DNA from: a virus | Taxonomy: Duplodnaviria > Caudoviricetes | Virus record (IMG/VR): IMGVR_UViG_3300047121_000734 | Location: 1-44,568 of that record | Direction: 5' to 3' (one strand) | DNA length: 44,568 nucleotides | In this document: positions 27,801-37,058 of the stretch, one piece after another | How the letters are laid out: the number at the start of each line of letters is the position of its first letter | How positions within the stretch are numbered: position 1 is the stretch's first letter | Notes under the pieces: generated by a model | What the model saw: only the letters and a program-made list of their open reading frames with translations | What the model was told of the DNA's origin: nothing | Database searches by the model: none | Made by a program: the position numbers and the translations under genes

Positions 27801-30800
27801 CCAGATCAAGTCCGCCGAGCCCGTCACCCGGGACGCCGATGGCAACGTCATTACCCTGTCGGAGCGCTTTGATCCCGCGCTGAACAGCATTCTCTACCAG
27901 CAGCAGCGCGATGCGCAGTACATGGCGGCGGTTGCGGCTGGCGACATGGACACCGCGCAGCGGTTGGTGGATGAAGCGGCGAAAGCGGCAGGGTACAACG
28001 AGTCTGGATCTCATGGGCTCGGAAAAGGTGAGCTTGCCGACAATCGTTTTAAGCGCGAGTTGCTTGGCAGTCAAACAAAAGCGCCAAGCGCAAAGTTAGG
28101 ATTCTTCTTTGCATCAACAAACACCGCAAACAGCTATGCCAAAAAGGTATTTGAAAAAACGCTTTCAGATGCACAGGCTTTACAAATCGTAGGGCTTGCC
28201 AAAGACATACTGGCCCCAGTGTTGGACTTGATTCCAAGTGGAATCAATGAATGGATTGACAGTTTTAGGGACCGGAATCCTTTGGCAGCTTTGGATAAAA
28301 GAACAATTGATCCTGGCACCTTTCTTAAGATTACAGACGCACACATTTACAGTGCACTAATTAGTGCTGAGTTTGAGCTTGGTGCGCTTTCAAAAGATGC
28401 AGAGATCAAACAAGCGGTAGATGAGGCAAACAAAAGATATGAATCGGAGTTTCAAAAATTAGAACTGCGAAAGCCTGCAAGCATCAATGTGAAGCTGATG
28501 ATGCAAAACCCCGCAGTGTACGACCAACAAGGCAAAGTATATCGTGAGGTCAGTTATGTTAAGTTGATTAAGGCGGCGCTGGATGCAGGACATGACAGCG
28601 TGATAATCAAAAACACCTATGACGGTGGCCCGCTTGATGATGTAAAAGTCGTCTTTAACCCTTCACAGATCAAGTCCGCTGACCCTGTCACCCGGGATGC
28701 TGACGGCAATGTCATCCCCCTGTCGGAGCGCTTCAACCCCGAGCAGGAAAGCATCCTGTATCAGAAGGCGCCCAAGGCAAACCCGCTAGACCTGGCGCCC
28801 GCTGAGTACATTGACGGACGCGGGACGGTGTCCACCCGGCAACCTACCTCAGTCAAGGCGCAAGAGTCTGAAAAAGTCCTTCAGGTGAACCTGGAGGCAG
28901 TCAACGCCACCGAAGTGCTGAAGGGCAAGGTTGCCGACGGCATTCGCAACGGAATCACCAAAGGCAGGTCCGTTCAGTACATCACAAACGAGCAGGCAGC
29001 AGGAAATGACGATCAGGTCATTCGCGCTTTCATCGACCTGTGCAAAGGCAACCTGCGGTGGTTATGGAATCAGTTTCCGGCGCAGCTCCGCGACCGGGCA
29101 AAGCTGTGGTATGTGGGCGCCAATAAAATTGCGGATGCGTGCGCTGAACGCTACAGCGTCACCACCGAGCAGGCAGCAGGCGTGTTTGCGGTCCTAAGCC
29201 CGCAGAAAGATTGGTTCCAGAACGTGTCCATGGGTGAGCGTGTCATGCAGATCTGGGAGCGCGCAAAGACAGAGAACTTTGTGTTTACCCAGGAGCTGTT
29301 TGATTACGTCTACAACACAGACGTCAGGCAGCTTCGCAAAGACGCGTCGACGAAGTACGTCAAAAAGGCATTCAAGCCACGCACTTGGTCCAGCGACATG
29401 AACATCTCTGAGGAGGAGTTCAACGCGCAGGAACAGAAGCGACGCAAAGAGCACAACGCAAGCGAGAAGAAGCGCAAAGAAAAACCTCAGATCGCTGCAG
29501 CCGCGTTAGCAAAGAAAACTGCAGCCTGGGATGCAAAGCGCGTGTACATCGGAAAGCGGTGGAGCGAGCTGGGCCTTGATGGGCGCGCCAGGTTGTTCCG
29601 CGCGCTGGACGAGACGACCAGCGACCGCTCGTATCGCATCATCCTGCCAGAAGGGGGCCGCGGCGAGGTGGCTCTCACAGGGGAAGGACAGCCGGCGGTG
29701 GTCGCTTGGAGTAGTTACAACTTCATCGCGAAGGCGTTGTCTATTCTTGATGATGGCAGCATTGCAAACATTTCTGAAAAGCTGGGGAACGAGCACAAGG
29801 TTCGCAACTTTTTCAACAATATTTCCGACCCCCACAACAAAAAGGGGTACGTTACAATCGACACGCACGCTGTGGCTGCTGCCCTGCTTAATGCGTTGTC
29901 AGGTAGTTCAGAAGAGGTTGCGGATAATTTTGGAGGCGCTGGAGGCGACAGCCTGGTCGGCATCTCTGGCACTTACGGTGTTTATGCGGAGGCATACAAC
30001 GAGCTTGCCGAGGAGTTAACCAAAGAGCTCGGGGTTCCCGTGCTTGCTCGGGAAGTTCAAAGCGTGACATGGGAAGCGGTTCGGTTATTGTTCCCAAAGG
30101 AAGATAAGACCTCTGGAAAGCTCAACAAGAACCTCGATGCAATCTGGAAGGAATATGCAGATGAAAAGCGCACAATCGAAGATGTCCGCCGAGGCATTTG
30201 GAATCTCTCAGGGGGAATACGAAACCCAAGTTGGTCCGATACTGGATTCGGGTTTGATGCCCAGCAAGGCGGCGTGGCTAGTGGTATTCCAGACGGAGGA
30301 CCCTTCGTTCCCCTTGGACGCAGAGCTGCGAGCCTCGATTCCGAGCTACCTGCCCGGGGAAGCGCCAAACTCGCTCGAGGAGTTGTACGCGGGGCTGAAG
30401 CAGACCAAGAAGTAACGCTGAACCAAGATGTTTTTCCGCCGGTCGCTGGCGCAACGCCACTGGTGGCCCTTCATAACATCTCCGAACAGAACCTTCTTGC
30501 CGCCGCAAAGCTCGGTGGCCTGGCTGCTCCCTCGATCGGGGTGACCCGTCCTGATGCGCTGTACACGAATTTCGGCGACATCACGCTGATCGGATCAAGG
30601 GACATTGCCGACCCGCGCCGCAACCCGGTGTTCAACGCTGACGCGTACACCGTGCGCTTCCCTTCGCCCGAGTACGGCAAGATGAAGACCGCCTCGGCGC
30701 TCAAGATCCTCAAGCCCATGCTGGCGTTCCAGAGCACGTTTCGGGACTACACGCCCGATGAGGCGTTTGACCTGCTGGTGAACCGGGGCCAAGTCGAACG

Positions 30801-33800
30801 CGCCATTGACAAGTTGCAGCGCTCTGAAGCGGCCAAAGTGGCGTTCTTGCAGACCAAGGGCATCACGGTCAAGCCGGTGATGCGCGACGCGGACGCTCAT
30901 TACTTCTGGACCAAGTCGCCCATCATCCGCGAGTACATGACGCAAGAGCGTCTTGATGCGGCTGACGCCGGGTCCGAAGACGAACGTCGCGCGATGGTGC
31001 CGGTCATCGAGCAGGCAATTCGCGAAGAGCTACAGAAGCAAGGCGCTGACCAGAAGGCGATCGACTACTCGATCAAGGCATTTCGGAATGGCGCTATCAG
31101 CACCGACGGCGGGGTTGCGTTCATGGTGGTGTCTCGCATTCGCCGGGACCTGAACAACGCGGGCACGCAGGTGGTGGACACCCAGGCAACCTCCGATGCG
31201 GTGGATCAGGCGCTTGGAGACAAGCGTGAGTTTGACAGGTGGATTCAAGATCAGATCCTTGCTGCTGCTGGTGAGCCGAAGCTGATTGTCGGGCGCAAGA
31301 AGGTGCCGTTCACGCTCGAGAACATCGTTCAGTACATGACTTCCTCCAAGGGGGCAGGTGCTGAGGACACGATGACCTTTGGTGAGGGTAAGGCACGTGC
31401 GGTGACCGCATCGCGCATGAGTGATGTGGAGGAGATGCGCAACCGTGCAGAGTCGGAGATTGCACCGACCGAAGACGTCAAGGCAGCACGCGATGCTGCG
31501 TCGAAACTGGTGCGCGATTACCAGATTAAGGTGACCGACCACTACAAGTACAGCAGCACTTTCAGCGCGATGGATTCATCCATGAAAGCGCTGGCACGGT
31601 GGGCGAAGAGTGGAGTGCGTACCACTGCAAGCCTGCAGAAGGCGCTGCGTGCGGAAGACTTTGAGAACGTCCCGAACGACATCCTTGAATTGGGAGTGGA
31701 AGCCGGTAACGCATTCCTGAGCACCCCGGTGCCTTACTTTGAATCAAAGCCCCAACGGGCAGTGGCACTGAGCGAGTTCAAGGCAGCGGTGATCCCGGCC
31801 ACAACCGGGAAGGAAGCGCGCGATGCGCTGGCGCAGGCAGGTGTCCCGGTGGTCGAGTACAACCCTTACGACATTGCATCCCGGGAAGCTGCGGTGCGTC
31901 AGGCTGCGGATCAGGAGCAGGCGCTTTTTCAAAGGGACGTTGATTTTCGCCCGGAAGTTCTGACCGAAGCGGCGCAGCAGTTCAAAGACGGTAACATCAC
32001 CCGGGAGGAATACAACCGGATCGCCGCAGTCGAGTTGCCGCTCAATCCATTTACTGAAGTGCCGACTCCCGCGAGCATGGATGAGGTGCTCTACGGGTTG
32101 GGTGATCGGAAAGCCGGGGAGCGATTGAAGCGCGACCTCGCTGCAAAGCCCGAGGAGATTCCCGCGCAGACGCTTGAGTCCAGGCTGGACATTCCGGCGT
32201 ACCGGGAAAAGGGCGTGTGGGTTGTGACCCTGCACGAAGATCGTGGCGACAAGTCCAAAGGCAGCGCTGCCTCGCCCGTGGCATACACCAGCACCGCAGT
32301 GCTCAACAATGTGACCTTCAAGGTTCACGAGTCTGCCGCGCTTGCCATTGCTGCCGGTAAACCGAAAGGCACGATTGCCACTATGCGTGGGGACTACAAA
32401 CCCATGAGCGCAGAGGATGCTGCGGCACTCGCCGAGCAGGCAATGGAGGAAGGATGGGCGCAGGTCGGGATGAACCCACTCCGGCACTCGTACTTCTACG
32501 ACAAGAACGACGAGCGCCCAGTGGTGTCCGCCGAGCAGGTCGTGCAGGTTGGCGGGATGGTGCTGGCAAAAAACCCAGTGTACGGGGAGGCGAAAGACTA
32601 CCTGTTCCAGAACGAGAACGACGCGCGCGGGTCGATCTCTTTTAACCCAACTGAACGCGGGGCGCCTCGGCGTGCCTTCACTGTGCGCATGCTCAAGAAG
32701 GCCAACGCCAGCACATTCATGCACGAGGCCTCGCACTTCTACCTCGAGGTGTTTAACGACCTGGCATCAGATGCTGACGCGCCTGCAGGGCTGCGTGAAG
32801 ACTGGGACAGGATTTCCAAGTGGCTTGGACTGCAGGCCGGTGTCCCCATCACTGTGGAGCAGCACGAGACCTTTGCTCGAGGCTTCGAGCGTTACCTGAT
32901 GGAAGGCAAGGCGCCTGCCGAGGAGGTGCGTTCGTTCTTCGCCCAGATGCGCCAGTGGCTGGTGCGCATCTACCGGGACCTGCTCAACCTCAATGTCGAG
33001 ATCTCCGACGACATTCGCGGGGTGTTCGATCGCATGGTGGCCACCGACACCGAGATTGCGGCAGAGCAGACCCGGCAGAAAGTCGAGCCGCTCTTTGGCA
33101 CCAAGCCCGAGGGAATGGAAGACGCCGCCTGGGAGCGTTATCGCAAGGCCGTGGAGAAGGCATCGCTCACCGCCCGGGAGCGGTTGCAAAGCGAACTGGA
33201 GCGCGAGATGGTCAAAGCGCAGAGCGCAGAACGTGAGGCCGAGACCGCCAGGACGCGCGATCAGGTGATTAAGGATTTGGCTGCAACCCGGGAGCACATC
33301 GCGCTGGCACTGCTTCGCTTTGGCCGGACCCCGGGGGGCGATGAAGTCGAGGTGCCGTTCAAGATCGACAAGCAGTCTCTGCTTGATGCGGAGATTGACA
33401 AGGACAGCCTTGATAGCCTGCGCCGCCTGGGCATCTACCGGGTGGAAGGTGGCGTGCCGGTCGAGATGGCCGCAGAGATGTTGGGCTACGGGTCGGTTGA
33501 CGAACTGGTGCGCGATCTGGTTTCCACGCAGCCTTTCGAAAAAGCGGTCGACACCGAAACGCAGCGGCGCATGCAAGAGCGGCATCCATCCCTGATGGAA
33601 AGCCCCGCCCAGATGCGCGAGGCCGCAGCACAGGCAGTGCGCAACGAACACCGCGACGATGTGATCGCCGCAGAGATTGCCGAGCTACAGCGGCTCGTTC
33701 GCCGCGACAAGGAAGCGATGGGGCGGGTGGCAGATATGGCGCCGCAGCCTCTCGGGGCGATCGCCCGCCGCATCCTGCGCAGCGGCCCGGAGCAGGCCAA

Positions 33801-36423
33801 CGCCGCCCGCATCCTGCTCGACAGTTCCAAGATCACGGTCGACTTCTTCAAGTCCATGGCGTTGCAGGTCGCACAGCAGCAGCTGGCGGGCATGAAGCTG
33901 CGCGACATTCGCCCCTCCTTGTACCTTGCCGCAGCACGCGCCGCCGGAGCACGCGCGTCCAGGCTGGCCGCAGCGGGCGACTTCGCCGGCGCACTCGGGC
34001 AGAAGGAAGCCGAACTGCTCAACCACCTGCTTTACCGGGAATCTCGGGACATGCAGAAGGAAGCGCAGAAGCAGCAGCGCTACCTGTTGCGCATGACCGA
34101 GACCCCCGCCCGGGAGCGTCTGGGCAAGGCGAGCCCCTCGTACCGGGATCAGGTCGACCAGCTGCTCGAGCGGTTTAATTTCATTCCGATCCCGCTGACC
34201 CAGGTGGACCGGCGTATGCGCTTTGCCGACTGGATCACGCAGCAGGAGGAGAACGGACTTACCGTTGAAGTGGACCCGGCGGTGCGCGACGAAGCCTTTC
34301 GCAAAGACTTCCGCGAGATGACCGCGATCGAACTGACCGGCGTGTACGAAGCGGTCAAGCAGATCGATCACCTGGCCAAGCTCAAGACCAAGCTGCTGAC
34401 CGCCCAGGACGAGCGCGACTTCCGCGCCGTGGTGCAATCACTGGTGGCGCAGATCACTTCCAACACCCCAGCCAAACCGCGCACGATGGGCAGCAAGACC
34501 GCAGGCGAAAAGACCGCCGAGGGCTGGGATGCGTTCTTCGCCGCGCACCGCAAGCTCGCATCGTTGATCCGAGAGATGGACGGCTTCGTGGACATGGGGC
34601 CGGTGTACAAGGCGATCATGGCGCCGATCAACCAGGCCGGTGACCGGGAGGCCGTGGAGACCGAGAAAGCCACCGAGGCGATCCTCAAGCTGTTTGAGGC
34701 TTACGAGAAGGACGAACTCAAACGCATGACCCGCAAGCAGCTGGTGCGCGGGGCGTCGAAGAATTTCAATCTGTCGCTCGAGGACCGGTTAGCGATCGCG
34801 CTTAACTGGGGGAACGAAGACAACCGGCAAAAACTCATCGACGGGTACACCGGGCTCAATGAGCAGGACGTGCTCGCGATCCTCGACACGCTGACGGAGA
34901 AAGACTGGAAGTTCGTGCAGTCGGTGTGGGACTACATCGATTCGTTCTGGCCGCGCATCCGCGACAAGCAGGAGCGCATCTATGGAATCCCTCCGGGCAA
35001 GATCGAGCCCACGACGGTCGTCACCAAGTTCGGCACCTTCCGTGGTGGGTACTACCCGCTCAAGTATGCGGGCGCCCGGGCGGAAGGGGAGAGCGATGCC
35101 GACGCCGCCAAGATGATGATGCGCGGGGCGATGACCGCATCGACCACCCGGCGCGGGCACACCAAGGAGCGCGTGGAAGGTGTTGAGCGCCCCATCCGCT
35201 TGGACTTAGGCGTGCTCACCGAACACGTCACGCAGGTCATCCACGATCTGACGCACCACGAAATGCTCATCGACGTGAACCGTCTATTGCGCAACCGCAG
35301 CGTCATGGAATCAATCGCGGACCACTACGGGGAGCAGGTGTACCGACAGCTGCGCAAGGGGCTCGAGGCGATCGCCGTGGGCAACACGAACTCGGAGGAC
35401 AGATTCACCCGGGCACTTGGACACCTGCGCGCAGGCGCATCGGTGGCCGGGCTTGGGTTTAACCTGATGACCTCCATGATGCAGGCGTTCGGTCTCACCA
35501 ACGCCATCCCCCGGGTGGGCGCGGTCAACATGGCCAAGGCCGTGGGCCGCTGGCTGGGTTCGCGCAGCGACATGGAAGACTCGGTGGCCTGGATCTACGA
35601 GCGCTCTGACATGATGCGCCTGCGCGGCAAGACCATGAACCGCGAGCTCAACGAGATCCGCAACACGGTGGACCCGAAATTCCAGACCGCGCTGATGGAT
35701 TCCTACTTCTACCTGATCCAGAAAGGGCAGATGCTGGCCGACGTGCCGACCTGGCTGGGGGCCTATCACAAGGCAATGGAAGCCGGGTACGGATCAGATC
35801 AAGCCGTTCAGATTGCCGACCAGACGGTGATCGACACCCAAGGGGGAGGACAGATCAAGGACCTTGCCGCCGTGCAGCGTGGCGGGCCACTGCTCAAGAT
35901 GTGGACCACCTTCTACAGCTACTTCAACGCGCTGTGGAACATGAACGTAGAAACGGTCAAGCGCACGAACTTCAAGAGCCCTGCAGACATGGGGCGCATG
36001 ATGGTCGACCTGCTTGTCCTCAACAGTGTGCCGGTGGCCCTGCAGTACGCGCTTACCACGGCGCTGCGCGGCGGGTCAGGCGATGACGAGGAATGGTACA
36101 AGCAGCTGACCAAGCAGCAGCTTTCCTACGCCCTGGCGCAGCTGGTGTTCGTGCGTGAATTGGGTGGCATCATGGACGGGCGCAACTACGAAGGCCCCGC
36201 CGGTGGCCGCTTCTTTGCCGAGAGCTACAAGCTGGCCCGCCAGGTCGAGCAGGGCGAGATGGACCGGGGGCTGTGGGTAACCTTGAACAAGGTGGGCGGC
36301 ATTCTCTTCCATTACCCCTCGGTGCAGCTGCAACGCACCGTGGAAGGCATGAAGTCTCTGTGGGAAGGCAAGACCTCCAACCCCGCAGTGCTCATCATCG
36401 GACCTTCGAAAGAAGAGCGTTGA
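24883..36423 (+). CDS. Giant polyvalent internal virion protein (gp16 position) with ART-like, glycosylase-like and zincin metallopeptidase domains
   Basis: 3846 aa; LPD22-like N-terminus; two ART-PolyVal-like modules; HEASH at 32722-32736; helical C-terminal region. Confidence 0.85.
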   Translation: MADLFDTVPDELRASMLKATSTDPEAHARVLNLATKLNLPPDVVAINPAWAQHQVDTQLDAEKLTKDYPGTAKFLADPNRAAVSHDELIQHMAMEDTLRNAQLLEPGLFGKDVRDTLISQLRERGHKIELVDTPAYSGDFAYSVSGLPAPSQQAATPEAQDQKAAELYQLPQGFFERLITGVEKAEPVPFLGAAVEGLDIYNLTQLANRVKDGTAEDKDWIELLRYDAEMRRGTDFGGKVAAVLVNIPAFAGEIAATGGVFTAGAAGARKAGLYAAKKILNKSAEEVAKSALLRGGIRAAGWVAGSVAQATVGMPHRVAVDAMQRLMPKMQFSVSEQGQIESVISDSEDGFASALTKAIVNQSIEVGTESAGAFIGKVTGLEALKAAVMTKWFKLNPTSGWSQFNALLRKAKWDGVLEEFGEERLGELLRAAAGLEALKLDPEQYAVELVSFAALPMAGAALTGPGMIRQSRQMAQAAQTQVEFFRDLGEQAQQSKTRTRVPGMLGVLGDLAAQDGPVQQVFAPIEAWNQHFTSKGIDPRQMAQETLGSTEAYDKALEAGHDLEIPIGAYVEKIAPTEHNEPLSQVMRLGSVDAPNVAEMQAGMQATSAAVQEMLQLNQDYTALTNEQQSLAAELTQLQAQMSTAQEAATQRSARLQEIQAQLQEQGPQAAQELLAGNAPAAAELQGLVQEYQTLTAQDQQAQQATERVAQIQARQAELSDQIAKIEQRNAQARASAPGQAPEVVDMAGEVYNQLMATGNTSDRVARAHANMFARMAYIMANRAGMNLQAFKDRFTATILGDKAAAPAGTTLSQEAQRRDAEYMTAVEAGDMETAQRLVDEAAKAAGYMQAWHSGPATAQIENSVVRTPFMYFTDTKENAEQYNRDQVGRWFIKTNPFVVDEHQDQFIDFFSPQSERFISDSADAEDQSYKEQVQQLIDDAVSEAKAAGHDGIEMPSEFDGKPWKNFIVFSPNQIKSAEPVTRDADGNVITLSERFDPALNSILYQQQRDAQYMAAVAAGDMDTAQRLVDEAAKAAGYNESGSHGLGKGELADNRFKRELLGSQTKAPSAKLGFFFASTNTANSYAKKVFEKTLSDAQALQIVGLAKDILAPVLDLIPSGINEWIDSFRDRNPLAALDKRTIDPGTFLKITDAHIYSALISAEFELGALSKDAEIKQAVDEANKRYESEFQKLELRKPASINVKLMMQNPAVYDQQGKVYREVSYVKLIKAALDAGHDSVIIKNTYDGGPLDDVKVVFNPSQIKSADPVTRDADGNVIPLSERFNPEQESILYQKAPKANPLDLAPAEYIDGRGTVSTRQPTSVKAQESEKVLQVNLEAVNATEVLKGKVADGIRNGITKGRSVQYITNEQAAGNDDQVIRAFIDLCKGNLRWLWNQFPAQLRDRAKLWYVGANKIADACAERYSVTTEQAAGVFAVLSPQKDWFQNVSMGERVMQIWERAKTENFVFTQELFDYVYNTDVRQLRKDASTKYVKKAFKPRTWSSDMNISEEEFNAQEQKRRKEHNASEKKRKEKPQIAAAALAKKTAAWDAKRVYIGKRWSELGLDGRARLFRALDETTSDRSYRIILPEGGRGEVALTGEGQPAVVAWSSYNFIAKALSILDDGSIANISEKLGNEHKVRNFFNNISDPHNKKGYVTIDTHAVAAALLNALSGSSEEVADNFGGAGGDSLVGISGTYGVYAEAYNELAEELTKELGVPVLAREVQSVTWEAVRLLFPKEDKTSGKLNKNLDAIWKEYADEKRTIEDVRRGIWNLSGGIRNPSWSDTGFGFDAQQGGVASGIPDGGPFVPLGRRAASLDSELPARGSAKLARGVVRGAEADQEVTLNQDVFPPVAGATPLVALHNISEQNLLAAAKLGGLAAPSIGVTRPDALYTNFGDITLIGSRDIADPRRNPVFNADAYTVRFPSPEYGKMKTASALKILKPMLAFQSTFRDYTPDEAFDLLVNRGQVERAIDKLQRSEAAKVAFLQTKGITVKPVMRDADAHYFWTKSPIIREYMTQERLDAADAGSEDERRAMVPVIEQAIREELQKQGADQKAIDYSIKAFRNGAISTDGGVAFMVVSRIRRDLNNAGTQVVDTQATSDAVDQALGDKREFDRWIQDQILAAAGEPKLIVGRKKVPFTLENIVQYMTSSKGAGAEDTMTFGEGKARAVTASRMSDVEEMRNRAESEIAPTEDVKAARDAASKLVRDYQIKVTDHYKYSSTFSAMDSSMKALARWAKSGVRTTASLQKALRAEDFENVPNDILELGVEAGNAFLSTPVPYFESKPQRAVALSEFKAAVIPATTGKEARDALAQAGVPVVEYNPYDIASREAAVRQAADQEQALFQRDVDFRPEVLTEAAQQFKDGNITREEYNRIAAVELPLNPFTEVPTPASMDEVLYGLGDRKAGERLKRDLAAKPEEIPAQTLESRLDIPAYREKGVWVVTLHEDRGDKSKGSAASPVAYTSTAVLNNVTFKVHESAALAIAAGKPKGTIATMRGDYKPMSAEDAAALAEQAMEEGWAQVGMNPLRHSYFYDKNDERPVVSAEQVVQVGGMVLAKNPVYGEAKDYLFQNENDARGSISFNPTERGAPRRAFTVRMLKKANASTFMHEASHFYLEVFNDLASDADAPAGLREDWDRISKWLGLQAGVPITVEQHETFARGFERYLMEGKAPAEEVRSFFAQMRQWLVRIYRDLLNLNVEISDDIRGVFDRMVATDTEIAAEQTRQKVEPLFGTKPEGMEDAAWERYRKAVEKASLTARERLQSELEREMVKAQSAEREAETARTRDQVIKDLAATREHIALALLRFGRTPGGDEVEVPFKIDKQSLLDAEIDKDSLDSLRRLGIYRVEGGVPVEMAAEMLGYGSVDELVRDLVSTQPFEKAVDTETQRRMQERHPSLMESPAQMREAAAQAVRNEHRDDVIAAEIAELQRLVRRDKEAMGRVADMAPQPLGAIARRILRSGPEQANAARILLDSSKITVDFFKSMALQVAQQQLAGMKLRDIRPSLYLAAARAAGARASRLAAAGDFAGALGQKEAELLNHLLYRESRDMQKEAQKQQRYLLRMTETPARERLGKASPSYRDQVDQLLERFNFIPIPLTQVDRRMRFADWITQQEENGLTVEVDPAVRDEAFRKDFREMTAIELTGVYEAVKQIDHLAKLKTKLLTAQDERDFRAVVQSLVAQITSNTPAKPRTMGSKTAGEKTAEGWDAFFAAHRKLASLIREMDGFVDMGPVYKAIMAPINQAGDREAVETEKATEAILKLFEAYEKDELKRMTRKQLVRGASKNFNLSLEDRLAIALNWGNEDNRQKLIDGYTGLNEQDVLAILDTLTEKDWKFVQSVWDYIDSFWPRIRDKQERIYGIPPGKIEPTTVVTKFGTFRGGYYPLKYAGARAEGESDADAAKMMMRGAMTASTTRRGHTKERVEGVERPIRLDLGVLTEHVTQVIHDLTHHEMLIDVNRLLRNRSVMESIADHYGEQVYRQLRKGLEAIAVGNTNSEDRFTRALGHLRAGASVAGLGFNLMTSMMQAFGLTNAIPRVGAVNMAKAVGRWLGSRSDMEDSVAWIYERSDMMRLRGKTMNRELNEIRNTVDPKFQTALMDSYFYLIQKGQMLADVPTWLGAYHKAMEAGYGSDQAVQIADQTVIDTQGGGQIKDLAAVQRGGPLLKMWTTFYSYFNALWNMNVETVKRTNFKSPADMGRMMVDLLVLNSVPVALQYALTTALRGGSGDDEEWYKQLTKQQLSYALAQLVFVRELGGIMDGRNYEGPAGGRFFAESYKLARQVEQGEMDRGLWVTLNKVGGILFHYPSVQLQRTVEGMKSLWEGKTSNPAVLIIGPSKEER

Positions 36424-36461
36424 TGAAAACCGCAGCGCATCACCATCATTGAGAAAACGCT

Positions 36462-37058
36462 ATGTCAGTCCCATCCGAAAACAACATCGTGACATACCCG
36501 GGCAACGGCTCTCAAACCGTGTTCCCGTACACCTACCGAGTGCTCGACGCCGACAGCCTGCAGGTTGTCTTGCAGTTGGATGACGGCTCGGAAGAGGTGC
36601 AATCGTTTGGCACCCAGTACACGGTGACCGGCGTTGGCGACTATGCAGGCGGCAGCATACAGATGGCGATCGCGCCGCTGGCAGGGGAGCGCATCACGAT
36701 TCGCCGCAAGATCCCGGCGTTCACACAGGACGTGGACCTGCGCAACCAAGGCGCCTTCTACGCGGAGACGCACGAGGATGTCTTCGATCGCATCATTATG
36801 ATGCTGCAGCAGTTAAAGACCGACGTAGACCGCAGCGCGAAGGTGACCATCACCACCGCGGCGCTAGGGTTTAATCCCGAGTTTCCCAACCCGAACCCGA
36901 TGAAAATGATCGGGTGGAACGAAGATGCCACGGCGCTTGTAAACCACGACTTTGGAACGCTCTACGACGGCAAGATCATTCAGGGCGGGTTCTACAACTC
37001 CAACGGTGACCCAATCTCTGAAGAGGAAGCGGTGGTAATCAACGCTGGTACCTACTAG
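36462..37058 (+). CDS. Short tail-fibre anchor (T7 gp17 N-terminal-like)
   Basis: Y.GNG.QT.FP..Y, YTV.G, TQ..DL.NQG.F..E.HE..FD; only 198 aa, no receptor domain. Confidence 0.85.
   Translation: MSVPSENNIVTYPGNGSQTVFPYTYRVLDADSLQVVLQLDDGSEEVQSFGTQYTVTGVGDYAGGSIQMAIAPLAGERITIRRKIPAFTQDVDLRNQGAFYAETHEDVFDRIIMMLQQLKTDVDRSAKVTITTAALGFNPEFPNPNPMKMIGWNEDATALVNHDFGTLYDGKIIQGGFYNSNGDPISEEEAVVINAGTY

Noticed and set aside
27325-32610. Inteins or introns as explanation for the inserted modules
   Set aside because: No C/S...HN splice junctions or homing endonuclease motifs; reading frame is continuous
668-36333. Numerous long antisense ORFs (e.g. 8102-9259, 18483-19910, 21308-22513)
   Set aside because: Shadows of high-GC coding genes on the opposite strand, without recognisable motifs
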